From the NCBI GenBank assembly GCA_963666055.2, contig CAXWPH010000015.1, positions 512,001-576,000 of the forward strand: DNA of 64,000 nucleotides, read 5' to 3'. Below the pieces are notes generated by a model. The model was not told where the DNA came from. It was given only the letters and a program-made list of their open reading frames with translations, and did not search any database. The position numbers and the translations under genes are program-made. This document shows, in pieces, positions 1 to 10,515 of the stretch (the first letter of the stretch is position 1; each line of letters opens with the position of its first letter). The DNA is from Acidobacteriota bacterium (lineage in GTDB: Bacteria; Acidobacteriota; UBA890; WLXD01).

Positions 1-2791
1 GCGTGATCTCCTGTAGGGTCTCCTCGTACTTGAGGATCTCGTGCGGGTCCTTGTCGTGTCGATAGGAGTTCACCAGCTGCCCGAGCCAGAATCCGTTCTC
101 TTTGAGCGACAGCTCATACTGGCGACGGAAGCCCTCGAGCACGCTACGGAGCTCCTGTTCTTCGGGCGGGGTAGTGCGCAGGCGCTCGATCTGCTCGAAC
201 AAGACGCCGGTGAGCTCCGTGGCGCGCTCCGGGTCCGATCCGAAGGTGATCGAGATCGAGTACCTCTCGGTTGGACGGCTGTCCGCCGAAGCCTCGACGC
301 GTACCCCGTAGGTGGCGCCGAGCTCCTCGCGCATCACCTCGCGCAGGCGCGTCTGTAGCACCTCAGCCATGGCGCCGAGTGCGTTCTCCTCCGGGCTCTC
401 GTATTCGAGCTCGCCGGAGAACACGACCGAGGTCAGGCTCTTGGGCTCGAGCCCGCGATGCACTTCCTTGCGAATCACGCCCTCGGGTGGGACCACACCT
501 TCGTCTCGCCAGGTCTCGTCACGGTCGATATCCGGCAGGCTCGCCAGGTACGTGGCCACCAGCGGACGCAGCACCTCGATGTCGATGTTGCCGACAAACA
601 CGAACGTGAAGTCGCTGGCGTCGGCAAACCGGTCCATATAGAAGTCGAAGGACTTGCCAAGGTCCATCTCGTTCAGCAATTCGACCGAGATCGGCCGGCG
701 GCGCGGATGATCCCGACTGAGCGTACGTTGCAACGTCTCCCGAAAGGCGACCTCGGGGCTGACGTCGCGGTTGGCCAGCGAGGCACGCATCTGCTGCCGG
801 ATCAGATCGAAGATGCCGTCGTCGGCGCGCGGCTCCGTAAAGGTCAAATAGGCGAGTTGTAGCAGCGACTCGATGTCGCGCGGCGACGCCGAGCCTCCCA
901 CGCCCTCTTCGAGCGGGCCCACGAACGGCCGCACGTTGGCCACCTTGTCAGACATCATATTGGTAATTTGGCGCGCGCTCAGCCCGCCGAAGCCGCTGGC
1001 GGCTACAACCTGGACGGCGCTGGTGGCGGCCACCCAATCGTCATCGTCGGCGAGCGACGTTCCCCCGGGGCTGAAACCACGGAACAGGATCTGATCCTGC
1101 CGGAAGTCGGTGGGCTTGAGCACCACACGAGCACCGTTGGAAAGCTCCCAGACGGTCAGGTTGAGCTCCGGAATCGTCGACTCCTCGACGATCTCGCCCG
1201 GGTCGGGAATGTCGGCGAGCAACGGGCGGTCGGTGGTGGTATCGACGTAGCGTCGGATGCGACCGCGGTCGGCTCGATCGATCGCAGCAAGTAAATCCTC
1301 TTCTGTGGGCAGCTCGAGACCTTCCTTCTCAGGTGTCGTCACCAGCACCACGCGGTTGTTCTCGCGCATCCAGCGCTCGCCGACGGCGTTCACGTCCTCG
1401 AGTGTGATGCCGGGCATGAAGCGCTGGTACAACGCCCACTCGTAGTCGATTCCGGGCGTCGACTCGCCTTCCAGGAAGGCGCGCGTGAACTCCTCGGCAA
1501 ACTGCGTCGACTCCTGATCCTCGCGCTCGGTGTAGATGCGCTCGAACATGCGTAGCAGCTGCGTCTTGTCGCGATCCAACTCCGATTGCGCGAATCCATA
1601 GCGAGCGACGCGCTCGACCTCCCGGAACGCCGCCCCCAGCCCTTCGGCCACACCGCCATCGGGCGTGGCAGCGCTTATGACGAAAGCTTCGGCGGTGGGG
1701 ATGAAGATGTCCTGGCTGGCGCGTGCGCCCAGGTACGGGGGGTTGGGTTGCTGCGCCTGCTCGGTGAGCCGGCGATTGAACATGCGGCTGAACAGCCCTT
1801 CCACCATGCTGCGACGATAGGAGCCGTGGTAAGCCTGGCGCCGGAGCGGTTGCAGCTGGAAGAACTCGACGATCGAGTTCGTCGCCTCCTTGTCGGTGAC
1901 GATAGAAAACTTCGTCCCCTCGTGGTCGGGCAGCGTCGTGTAGGCGCGCTCGCGACCGGCCTCGACACGGGGAATGCCGCTGAAGTGCTGCTCGATCTTT
2001 GCCTTGACGGTCGCGGTATCGATGTCGCCGACGACGATCACTCCCATGAGGTCGGGGCGGTACCAATCGCGGTAGAAGCGCCGCGCGGTGTCGTACGGGA
2101 AGCTCTCGAGCACCTCGACCTTGCCAATCGGCAGGCGCTCGGTGTAGCGCGAGCCAGCAAACAGCACCGGCAGCTGGCGATCGCGGACTCGCGAGCCGGC
2201 CCCTAACCCCAGGCGCCATTCCTCGATTACGACACCCCGTTCCTTGTCGATCTCCTCCTCGTCGAAGGCCAGGCTGTGAGACCAGTCCTCGAGGATCTGG
2301 AACGCGGTATCGATGATGTCCTGACGATCGGTGGGGATCCGCAAGAAATAGATCGTCTCGTCGAACGAGGTCGAAGCGTTCACGTGGGCACCGAAACGCA
2401 TGCCGAACGACTCGAGGGCCTTCACCAGCTCCATCTTCGGGAAGTTCTTTGTGCCGTTGAAGGCCATGTGCTCGACGAAATGGGCCAAGCCGAGTTGGTC
2501 GTCGTCCTCTTGCATTGAGCCCGCGCGCACCACCAGTCGCAATTCGGCGCGCTTCTCGGGGTAGCTGTTTTCGCGGATCCAGTAGCGCAGTCCGTTCTCG
2601 AGCTCGCCGACGGTGATCAGCGGATCGAGAGGCATCGGCGCCTCGAGCGGCGCGGTGGCGCCGTCTTCAGGGTCGGCGATCACCGGCGGCGGCGTAAGCG
2701 GGATCGGGCCCTGCGCCAGCGCCGGAAGCGGAATCGACACGACCAGGAGGGCCGCGGCGGATAACCAGAGATTCGAGCGAGTCGATTTCAC
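1..2791 (-). CDS. M16 family zinc protease (PqqL-like insulinase), 3' end runs off the window
   Basis: Read manually on the minus strand: GTG at 2791 gives MKSTRSNLWLSAAALLVVSIPLPALAQ (signal peptide), then GELENGLRYWIREN...GLAHFVEHMAFNGTKNF (inverted HxxEH zinc motif) and NASTSFDETIY. Absent from the ORF track because no stop lies inside the window. Confidence 0.9.
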   Translation of the reverse strand, partial: MKSTRSNLWLSAAALLVVSIPLPALAQGPIPLTPPPVIADPEDGATAPLEAPMPLDPLITVGELENGLRYWIRENSYPEKRAELRLVVRAGSMQEDDDQLGLAHFVEHMAFNGTKNFPKMELVKALESFGMRFGAHVNASTSFDETIYFLRIPTDRQDIIDTAFQILEDWSHSLAFDEEEIDKERGVVIEEWRLGLGAGSRVRDRQLPVLFAGSRYTERLPIGKVEVLESFPYDTARRFYRDWYRPDLMGVIVVGDIDTATVKAKIEQHFSGIPRVEAGRERAYTTLPDHEGTKFSIVTDKEATNSIVEFFQLQPLRRQAYHGSYRRSMVEGLFSRMFNRRLTEQAQQPNPPYLGARASQDIFIPTAEAFVISAATPDGGVAEGLGAAFREVERVARYGFAQSELDRDKTQLLRMFERIYTEREDQESTQFAEEFTRAFLEGESTPGIDYEWALYQRFMPGITLEDVNAVGERWMRENNRVVLVTTPEKEGLELPTEEDLLAAIDRADRGRIRRYVDTTTDRPLLADIPDPGEIVEESTIPELNLTVWELSNGARVVLKPTDFRQDQILFRGFSPGGTSLADDDDWVAATSAVQVVAASGFGGLSARQITNMMSDKVANVRPFVGPLEEGVGGSASPRDIESLLQLAYLTFTEPRADDGIFDLIRQQMRASLANRDVSPEVAFRETLQRTLSRDHPRRRPISVELLNEMDLGKSFDFYMDRFADASDFTFVFVGNIDIEVLRPLVATYLASLPDIDRDETWRDEGVVPPEGVIRKEVHRGLEPKSLTSVVFSGELEYESPEENALGAMAEVLQTRLREVMREELGATYGVRVEASADSRPTERYSISITFGSDPERATELTGVLFEQIERLRTTPPEEQELRSVLEGFRRQYELSLKENGFWLGQLVNSYRHDKDPHEILKYEETLQEIT

Positions 2792-2912
2792 GAGCGAGCT
2801 TCCTTGTCGTTTCGGGAGCACATGCAGATGTTCGTGGGGCGTACCTATATATGATCGACTACCGGACACGGGCGGTCTAGTGATTAGCAGGGTGTTGGCT
2901 CCGCAGCGATCG

Positions 2913-5342
2913 TCAGGCCGGCCTCTGACGCCGCATGCCCGCAAACGACAGCCAGGCGATCGCGTAGATCATCAACCCGGTGATGAGCGCCACGCGGAAC
3001 CCGTAGTTCACCGAAATCACCACGCTGCCGAGGCCGCCGATCACCGTGAACAGCCCGTTCATCCCCCATCCCCAGGCGACAGCAGCTCGCGAGAGGTCCT
3101 GAACGGCCAGCACGCCGAGCGGGAACGGCATCCCCATGAAGAATGCGAGTGGAAACACCAGAATGACCGCCGCCAGCAGGCGAGCGCCGAGCGGCAGCGC
3201 CAGCAACGCGCCGGTAACAGGGTCGTGGACGAGCAGGAACATCGATCCTGCGAACAGCACTCCGGCATACGGCCACCACCAATTCGCCGACGTCGGCGCG
3301 ATCCCCAACCGATCCGACGCCAGGCTGCCGAGCCCGGCTCCGAACAGCACCGTGAACAACACTACCGAGTAGGTATAGAGCGGGTAGCCGACGAAGTGCA
3401 TCAGCAACTGGATCAACACCAATTCCACCAGGATGAAGCCGGCGCCGAGGCTGGCGAAATAGACCAGCGAAGCACCCCAGCCGGGCCACCGTCGCCGCGC
3501 CACCGGCGACAGCGCCAGCGGCGTGACGACGAACACGCCGGCAAACACCAACGACACAAACCCGGTGACCCACAGGTGGATGATGTCGAGGGGCACGCCG
3601 CCGCCTTGCTCACGGGCAACGTTGAGGAACCAGGCCACGGCAACGGGTACGAAACGCTCGGGGTCCGGCTCCAGCTCCTCCCATCCGCGGCGCAGAAACT
3701 TGAAATAAGGCCTGTTGTCGGTGGTCGGCGTTACCCGATATGGCACCCGCTCGATGATCTCGTCGGGCAGCTCGCCGCTGAAAAACTCCGCCGACAGGAA
3801 GCCGGTGCGCGGCCGCAGCGGGTTCTCTTCGAGCTTGAAGACCTTTACCTCCACGCCCTCGCGCATGCCGAGGAACCGACGCGCCTCCACCAGGTCGTGG
3901 CGCGTGAAGGGGCTCATCTTGATGAGCACCATCGGCAACGTATCGTCGTCCTGCATGGTGCGCGACGTCACCAGCACGTGGCTCCTGAAGTCGTCGCGTC
4001 CCATCCACTTCCACGCCAGCGCAGCGGTGGAGATAATGCGCGGATAGGTATGGTGGTTGATCTGCAAGACGCCGTCTTCGGATAGGTGCTCGAAGTAGTC
4101 GGCGAACGCGTCGGCGGTGAGCAAATAGGTCGGGTCGAGCGCGCCGGCCCCGGCGGCAACCGAAGACGACGAATGGTTGCTGAAGATCTGGATGATGTCG
4201 TAGACACGGCGGCGCGAACGGATGAAGCCGCGCCCCTCGCCGCGCACGCTGTTGACGCGCGGATCATTGAAGATTCCACCGTTGAAGCCGGCATAGTCCT
4301 TCTTGCCCAGCTCGACCACCGCACCAACCATCTCGATGGCATCGACGTGCCCCGCCCCGTACGCCAGTGCGCCCTTGACCTCTTGCCCGGCGGCGCTGCC
4401 GATCACCAGAACCTGCTGATCGGTATCGCGCTTCATGTAGTGCGCCAGCAGCACCGACCGGGTCCAGAAGTGGGTCTTGAAGAAACCCTCGGCGTTCGCC
4501 TGAACGCCGCGATCGAGGCGTCGCCGGAAGAGCTCCCAGTTGCCGTCGAACGGGTACAGGAAGCTACTCTGGCTGCCGCCGTCGTAGATGATGTTCTTCA
4601 CGCCGCGGAAGTGAATCACCTCGACCTTCGACACCGGGTCCCAGCGTACGTACTCGTTGTTGCCCAGGGCGCGCGCGTCGGCCAGCCCACGGTCGACCTT
4701 GTGCTCCTGGAACGACAGGTAGTCAGGCGACAGTAGCGGAATAGCCAGCGTCACCACCGCATACACAGCGGCGACGACGAGCGCTCGACCCGTCCCAGCA
4801 AACACCGCGGCGGCCAGCGCCAGAACTCCGGAAACCAACAGGAGCAGCCCGGCCGGCCCGAGGATCGGAATCAGCGGGATGATCGCCACGCAGCCGACAG
4901 CAGCACCCGCCAGATCCCAGAAATACAGTCGCTGAATCGCTTCGGCCCAAGCAGAGAAGGCACGCGCGAGCACCAGGCCGCAGAACACGAACGGAATAGT
5001 GATGACGGCGTACATCGCCAGGAACCAGATACCCTGTCCCAGCGGATCCGAGGCGATGGCCTCGAAGCGAAACGGGATGATGTTGAGCAACGGGCGGATC
5101 AGCAGCAACGAGGCGGCCATCAGCGCCGTCAGGCGAGCCAGCTGAGCGGATGGATCAGCGCCCGACGGCAGTGGTCGCAGCGTCGTGTAGATCCCCGCCA
5201 GACCGAACGCAAACACCGCGCCGGTAATGATCATGTACGCCAGGTTCGGGTACAGGATCACATCGAAGATGCGCGTCAGCAGCAACTCGAGCGCGAGTGT
5301 CGAGCCAGCGACCAGACAGATGGCAAGCGGAATTCTGCGCAC
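2913..5342 (-). CDS. Polytopic membrane protein with a central spermidine-synthase-like SAM-dependent domain
   Basis: 809 aa ORF; N- and C-terminal TM bundles; LYFWDLAGAAVG; VLVIGSAAGQEV...VDAIEM SAM-binding motif; PTTDNRPYF. Confidence 0.8.
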   Translation of the reverse strand: MRRIPLAICLVAGSTLALELLLTRIFDVILYPNLAYMIITGAVFAFGLAGIYTTLRPLPSGADPSAQLARLTALMAASLLLIRPLLNIIPFRFEAIASDPLGQGIWFLAMYAVITIPFVFCGLVLARAFSAWAEAIQRLYFWDLAGAAVGCVAIIPLIPILGPAGLLLLVSGVLALAAAVFAGTGRALVVAAVYAVVTLAIPLLSPDYLSFQEHKVDRGLADARALGNNEYVRWDPVSKVEVIHFRGVKNIIYDGGSQSSFLYPFDGNWELFRRRLDRGVQANAEGFFKTHFWTRSVLLAHYMKRDTDQQVLVIGSAAGQEVKGALAYGAGHVDAIEMVGAVVELGKKDYAGFNGGIFNDPRVNSVRGEGRGFIRSRRRVYDIIQIFSNHSSSSVAAGAGALDPTYLLTADAFADYFEHLSEDGVLQINHHTYPRIISTAALAWKWMGRDDFRSHVLVTSRTMQDDDTLPMVLIKMSPFTRHDLVEARRFLGMREGVEVKVFKLEENPLRPRTGFLSAEFFSGELPDEIIERVPYRVTPTTDNRPYFKFLRRGWEELEPDPERFVPVAVAWFLNVAREQGGGVPLDIIHLWVTGFVSLVFAGVFVVTPLALSPVARRRWPGWGASLVYFASLGAGFILVELVLIQLLMHFVGYPLYTYSVVLFTVLFGAGLGSLASDRLGIAPTSANWWWPYAGVLFAGSMFLLVHDPVTGALLALPLGARLLAAVILVFPLAFFMGMPFPLGVLAVQDLSRAAVAWGWGMNGLFTVIGGLGSVVISVNYGFRVALITGLMIYAIAWLSFAGMRRQRPA

Positions 5343-5437
5343 GTATCCCGAGGACTAGCAGGCTGTGGTGGGAGGGTGCTCGGAATTATCGCACCGGCAC
5401 TTTCGAGGTGCTAGCGACGGCACCGTGCCACTCCGAC

Positions 5438-7627
5438 TCAACGGCGCACCGGCGCATGGCGTTCGATCGACTCCAAGATCACCGCGAACCGTGGGTCGTC
5501 ACGAATCGGGGTCAGATCACCATCGTGCTCAATCCAGGCCCGATGCCCATACCCCAAGTCGACCGCTTGCTGCAAATGCGCCAGTGCGGCATCGAGCTGG
5601 CCGGCCTGCGCCAGCAGGCAGGCAACTGTGTAGTAGGTCGTAGCGTCTCCCACCCCCAGCTCCAACGCCCGGTCGGCCCACTCGAGCGCCGCCTGACGCT
5701 CGCCGAGCTGGAACAGACAACGAGCCCCGATCGAGTACGCCCGGCTGTCGCCCGGCTGCAGCGCCAGGTGCCGTTCTACGCGTCGCACGGCGCGGCGCGC
5801 GCTAGCGACCTCTCGGGTCGGGTCCTGAAGATCGCGATACACCTGGCTGAGCAGCGCAGGAGCTTGATAGTCTTCCGAGCGCACGATGCTGGCCACCTCG
5901 AATTCACGCGCTGCGAGCTCCATCTGACCTTGAGCGAAGGCGCTCCGGCCGCGCGAATATCGCGCCTCAAAGGAATCCGGGGCGAGCTCGATCGCCGCAG
6001 CGAACGCTCGATCGGCCTCCTCGTGCCGGTTCGACAGAGAAAGCGCCAGGCCGAGCGCGGCGTGTCCCTCGGCCAGCTTCGGCCCGGTCTGCACGGCGTG
6101 CTCCGCCGCCGAGATCGCCTCGTCCAGAGCGCTGGGGCCACCGCCCGCGTGCATGTAGAGATACGAAGCGGCATCGGCAAGCCCGCTGTGGGCCAGAGCA
6201 TAATCCGGGTCGTGGGTAACGGCATGGGAGAACATGTCGCGCGCCAGCGCGATCTCGCGCGTGGTGTCGCGGTACAGCAGGCTACGTCCCCGCAGGTAGT
6301 AATCGTAGGCTTCGAAATCCGTCGGCTGGCTGGGCCGCGGAGGCGCTCCCAAGACCCCCTGCAGTGCCTCGATAACGCTGGTCGTGATCTCGTCCTCCAA
6401 GGCGAAGACATCCTCGACGTCGCCTTCGAACCGCTGCGACCAGAGATCTGTGTCATCAGCCACGTCGATCAGACGCGTGGCAATTCGTAGCCGGTCCTTC
6501 GCCCGGCGCACCGAGCCCTCGAGCACGGTCTCCACGCCTAGACGGCGGCCGATATCGGCAACGTCTCGATTGTCGCCGCGATAGCGGAACGTGGAGGTGC
6601 GCGACGCCACGCGCAAGTCGGCCACTTCGGACAGACCGTCGAGAATCCCCTCGGCGATACCCTCGGAGAAATGTCTCTGGTCGCCGCCAGGGCTCATATC
6701 GACGAAAGGCAGCACGGCCACCGACCGGCCGGAGCGCTCGCCGCGCCGCAAGCTCGCCAGCGTAGCGGCAATCTCGGCGACTTGTTGGGGCCGAGCGGTC
6801 GGGTCTTTGTCGAGACAGCGCGCTACGAGGTCGGAAAGCACTCCCGGCACCAGCGGTTTGCGCGCCGAAACCGTCTGCGGCCGCTGCGCCGTGATCGAGG
6901 CCGCAAGCTGGCGCAGTGTCGCACCCTGAAACGGCCTCGAGCCGGTGAGCATCTCGTAAAACACCACGCCGAGGGAGAATATGTCGGAGCGATGGTCAAC
7001 CGTCTCGCCACGTACCTGCTCCGGCGACATATAGGCGGGGGTGCCGGCGACCGCTCCGTCGTTAGTGGTGAGCTCGGCGAGCGCCGTCGTATCGACGGTC
7101 GACTCGACGCTCCGGTCGTCCCACACAAGCGGCGTCGCGCCGTGATGCACAGCCAACCCGAGGTCCAGCAGCTTCACGCGTCCGGCGCGGCTGACCATCA
7201 CGTGTGCCGACTTCAGGTCACGATGCACGAGCCCGGCCGCGTGCGCCGCAGCAAGGCCGTCGGCAAGCGGGATGGCGATCTGCAGGAACTCCTGCACGGG
7301 CATGCCACGATCGGAGATCAAGTGATCGAGGCTGTCGCCCTCGACCAACTCCATGGCGAGGAAGTGCACCTCGCCCACCTGCTCGACCGCGTAGATGGTG
7401 ACGATGTTGGGGTGGTTGATCGCCGCCAGCGCGCGGGCCTCGCGCCCGACCCGATCAACGTCCTCAGCCGAGCCGGCGATGCGCTCCGCCAGGAACTTCA
7501 GCGCCACCGACCGCTCCAACCGCGTGTCGAGCGCGCGGTAGACTTCGCCCATGCGGCCTTCGCCGAGCTTGCGCTCTATGCGATAGGCGCCGATATGCTC
7601 CCCGATCTCCGGCATGTGCTCCCCCAA
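5438..7627 (-). CDS. Ser/Thr protein kinase with TolB-like adenylate-cyclase-associated domain and TPR repeats
   Basis: LGEGRMGEVY, VALK, HRDLK, GTPAYMSPEQ, DIFSLG; then SVAVLPF...LEGSVRR and a TPR-rich C-terminus. Confidence 0.9.
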   Translation of the reverse strand: MGEHMPEIGEHIGAYRIERKLGEGRMGEVYRALDTRLERSVALKFLAERIAGSAEDVDRVGREARALAAINHPNIVTIYAVEQVGEVHFLAMELVEGDSLDHLISDRGMPVQEFLQIAIPLADGLAAAHAAGLVHRDLKSAHVMVSRAGRVKLLDLGLAVHHGATPLVWDDRSVESTVDTTALAELTTNDGAVAGTPAYMSPEQVRGETVDHRSDIFSLGVVFYEMLTGSRPFQGATLRQLAASITAQRPQTVSARKPLVPGVLSDLVARCLDKDPTARPQQVAEIAATLASLRRGERSGRSVAVLPFVDMSPGGDQRHFSEGIAEGILDGLSEVADLRVASRTSTFRYRGDNRDVADIGRRLGVETVLEGSVRRAKDRLRIATRLIDVADDTDLWSQRFEGDVEDVFALEDEITTSVIEALQGVLGAPPRPSQPTDFEAYDYYLRGRSLLYRDTTREIALARDMFSHAVTHDPDYALAHSGLADAASYLYMHAGGGPSALDEAISAAEHAVQTGPKLAEGHAALGLALSLSNRHEEADRAFAAAIELAPDSFEARYSRGRSAFAQGQMELAAREFEVASIVRSEDYQAPALLSQVYRDLQDPTREVASARRAVRRVERHLALQPGDSRAYSIGARCLFQLGERQAALEWADRALELGVGDATTYYTVACLLAQAGQLDAALAHLQQAVDLGYGHRAWIEHDGDLTPIRDDPRFAVILESIERHAPVRR

Positions 7628-7804
7628 GCACGATGGTCACGACTTCGGAACATCGTTCCATCACATAGATGATATGCAAACGCGAGCACCACGCTTACGC
7701 GGCCCTCGCGTGGGCAGCGAGCATTGAAGCTACATCGGAGGCACCGTCGCGAGACCAGCTTGATGATGCTACCGAGCGGCAGATATCTGAAATAATCCCA
7801 CCCC

Positions 7805-9013
7805 ATGATTGAGCAGCTCTCCGCCGTCCATCCGCTGCTGCCGCCCGTTGTCGGCAGCATGGCCTTGCTGCTCGTGGCCATTCTTGCCGACCTCGTCGCC
7901 AAGCGCCTGTTGCTGGTGCTGGTACGCGCTGTCGTCAGGCGCACGCGGCTCACATGGGACGACGCGTTACTCGACCACAACGTGTTCGGGCGCTTGGCGC
8001 AGATCGTGCCCGCGATCGTCATCTACTCCGGCATTGGTCTCGTGCCGGATATCGTCGAGCCCGCCGAAAGGGTCATCCGCAACGTCGCGAGTGCCTACAT
8101 GGTCGTCATGATCATGCTGACGCTGACCGCGACGATGTTGGCGGCCAACCAGATCTACGCGACCTTCCCGCTGGCGCGCCACCGACCGATCAAGGGCTTC
8201 GTCCAGCTCGCGCAGATCGCTGTATACATACTCGGCGCGATCGTGGTGATCGGAATGCTGATCGACCGCTCGCCGGTGATCCTGCTGAGCGGCCTCGGCG
8301 CTATGACGGCGGTGCTGTTGCTTATCTTCAAAGACACGCTGCTGTCGGTGGTAGCCAGCATTCAGCTCACCGGCCAAAACATGGTCCGCGTCGGCGACTG
8401 GATCGAGGTGCCGCAGTTCGGCGCCGATGGCGACGTGGTCGACGTCGCGCTCTACACCGTAACGGTGCAGAACTGGGACAAGACGATCACGACGATCCCG
8501 ACCCACCGGATGATCTCCGATTCGTTCAAGAACTGGCGTAGCATGACTGATTCCGGCGGGCGGCGGATCAAGCGGTCGATCAACGTCGATGTCAACTCGA
8601 TCCGCGTTCTGACGGATCCTGAAGTGGAGCGCTTCAAGGGCTTTGCGTTGCTGAAGAACTACATCGAGGCCAAGGAGGCCGACCTGAAGGCCTACAACGA
8701 AACCCTCGATGAGCCGGGTGAAGCAGGCGTCAACCTACGGCGGCTAACGAATATCGGCACCTTCCGCGCTTACATCCGTAATTACCTGGAACATCATCCG
8801 AAGATTCATCACAGCATGATCGTGCGCCAATTGCAGCCTGGCGCCGAAGGTGTGCCGATCGAGGTCTACGCGTTCACCAACGACACGAACTGGGTGGCCT
8901 ATGAAGGCATCCAGGCCGACATCTTCGATCACATTTACACGATCGCGCCCGAGTTCGGCCTGCGCCTCTATCAGAAACCCGCCGGCGCGGATCTGGCTGG
9001 GCTGCGGGCCTAG
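7805..9013 (+). CDS. Mechanosensitive ion channel, MscS family (YbdG/MscM-like)
   Basis: 402 aa; LSGLGAMTAVLLLIFKDTLL, VRVGDWIE, VQNWDKTITTIP, SFKNWR..SGGRRIKRS, RRLTNIGTFRAY, YEGIQADIFDH. Confidence 0.92.
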   Translation: MIEQLSAVHPLLPPVVGSMALLLVAILADLVAKRLLLVLVRAVVRRTRLTWDDALLDHNVFGRLAQIVPAIVIYSGIGLVPDIVEPAERVIRNVASAYMVVMIMLTLTATMLAANQIYATFPLARHRPIKGFVQLAQIAVYILGAIVVIGMLIDRSPVILLSGLGAMTAVLLLIFKDTLLSVVASIQLTGQNMVRVGDWIEVPQFGADGDVVDVALYTVTVQNWDKTITTIPTHRMISDSFKNWRSMTDSGGRRIKRSINVDVNSIRVLTDPEVERFKGFALLKNYIEAKEADLKAYNETLDEPGEAGVNLRRLTNIGTFRAYIRNYLEHHPKIHHSMIVRQLQPGAEGVPIEVYAFTNDTNWVAYEGIQADIFDHIYTIAPEFGLRLYQKPAGADLAGLRA

Positions 9014-9263
9014 CCTTATGAGGTCCTAACGCCGAAGACGCCCAGCAACCAGGCCTGGTGCCTTCACTCCTCCGATGCCATCTGCTCAAGCAAGGGATCG
9101 TCAGGGTGCGCTATGCTCGTGCCCTGGCAGAGGGCCGTTTCGGAGCACTGAGACATTGTTTTCTTGGTGCTCGGATGGACACCGTTAAGGTCACCAAGGT
9201 GTTTTTCGAGCGACCCTGAGGCGGCCTCGAAATCAACGCAAGCCCTTGATTTCAAGGACGGTA

Positions 9264-9347
9264 GCCGAGGTGGCGGAATTGGCAGACGCGCCGGACTCAA
9301 AATCCGGTGGGCTTACGCTCGTGAGGGTTCGAGTCCCTCCCTCGGTA
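9264..9347 (+). tRNA. tRNA-Leu(CAA)
   Basis: Acceptor stem GCCGAGG/CCTCGGT; D-arm GCGGAATTGGCAGACGC; anticodon arm CCGGA-CT-CAA-AA-TCCGG; long variable arm; T-arm GAGGG-TTCGAGT-CCCTC. Followed by CTA rather than CCA. Confidence 0.95.
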
Positions 9348-9381
9348 CTACTGAAAATAAAGGACTTAAACGACTCAAGGT

Positions 9382-10515
9382 TCAGCCCTTCGTGCCATCC
9401 GACGACGCCTTGGCACGGTTCTTGGCACGGTTTGGGTCGAAAGCGGCCACCTTCTCACGCACAGCAAGCGCCATCGCCGCGTGCTTCTCAGTGAGGTGCG
9501 TATAGCGGTCCGTCATCACACGGGTCTTGTGACGTAGCAGTGCTTGCACCAGCGCTCTTGGTGCTCCCCTGCCGATCAGGTCTGTCGCACCACCGTGCCG
9601 GAAGTCGTGCAGCCTGAGCTTGGCCGAGACGCCAGCATCATCCTTGATGCGCTTCCACGCCGCGTACATCGTCGACTCGTGCATCGGTTGTTCGCCGGTA
9701 TGGTTCGGAAACAACCACTCTGAGTCATGCGACTCCAGATGCTCCCGAAGCCTCTTTCGCAGCTGGAGACTCGCAGGCACAACCTGGTCATCACCCCCCT
9801 TCGTCGTAGGCAGGTAGATGAGTCCGCGCCGGACGCCCTCGCCGTCTTTCCAGTTCCAGTCGATGTGCTCGCGTCGAATCGTCCGAGCCTCCGACTTGGA
9901 CCGCAGCATCGCCTCCCAAAGCAGAAGCAAGAACGGCCCCATGTTCGGGTTCTTATCCGCCTCGCCGTGCTCGATCAGCGTTTCGGCTTCCTCCTGGTTG
10001 ACCGCGTACCACGCATCCGTGTTCTCGGGATAACGGGCCACGCCGGCACAAGGGTTTGCCTCGATGTGCCCTCGCGCATGTCTGAAAAGCCCGGAGAACG
10101 TCGCCAGTTGTCGATTGGACGTCGGGCCGGAGGTCTCCCTGAAAACCTCGCGCTTGAACCGCTGCACGTCTAGGAACTTCACGCGGTCGATGCGCCAGTC
10201 ACCGAATGCGGGCAGAATCCGTTTCCTCAGATTTCGGCGATGTGCGTTCAGCGTGCGCGGTGCCATCGTGCCGACGTCAACCAGGCGACTGCACTCGATG
10301 AGATAGTCGCGGGCGATGTCAGACACAGTGGGCACACGGTTCGGACCATAGTAATCACTGAAGGTGTCGCTCGCGATGGCGCGGCGCATCGCCGCCTCGT
10401 CCTCCTGTGCCTTCCACTTCGCGTCGCGCCAAGTTCCGTACGTGATGTGGCCCTGATGCTGGACGCGACTGCGATAGCGCATACCGCTCTTCGCCCGCCG
10501 CTTCAGGATGCCCAT
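9382..10515 (-). CDS. Tyrosine recombinase / phage-type integrase
   Basis: 377 aa; catalytic R (AMLRSKSE), K (TTKGG), HxxR (LHDFRH), H and Y (LLRHKTRVMTDRY); converges on the tRNA 3' end. Confidence 0.93.
   Translation of the reverse strand: MGILKRRAKSGMRYRSRVQHQGHITYGTWRDAKWKAQEDEAAMRRAIASDTFSDYYGPNRVPTVSDIARDYLIECSRLVDVGTMAPRTLNAHRRNLRKRILPAFGDWRIDRVKFLDVQRFKREVFRETSGPTSNRQLATFSGLFRHARGHIEANPCAGVARYPENTDAWYAVNQEEAETLIEHGEADKNPNMGPFLLLLWEAMLRSKSEARTIRREHIDWNWKDGEGVRRGLIYLPTTKGGDDQVVPASLQLRKRLREHLESHDSEWLFPNHTGEQPMHESTMYAAWKRIKDDAGVSAKLRLHDFRHGGATDLIGRGAPRALVQALLRHKTRVMTDRYTHLTEKHAAMALAVREKVAAFDPNRAKNRAKASSDGTKG
9409..9432 (+). repeat. Tandem 12-bp direct repeat CTTGGCACGGTT x2, putative integrase arm-type sites
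   Basis: cttggcacggtt-cttggcacggtt about 60 bp from the tRNA 3' end; inverted core cgtgcca at 9391-9397. Confidence 0.55.

Noticed and set aside
41-2600. The many short ORFs listed in the track here, and long antisense ORFs elsewhere (e.g. 2613-4085, 37707-39185, 41580-43244, 62350-63858)
   Set aside because: Shadow frames of real high-GC genes on the opposite strand or in another frame; no recognisable motifs.
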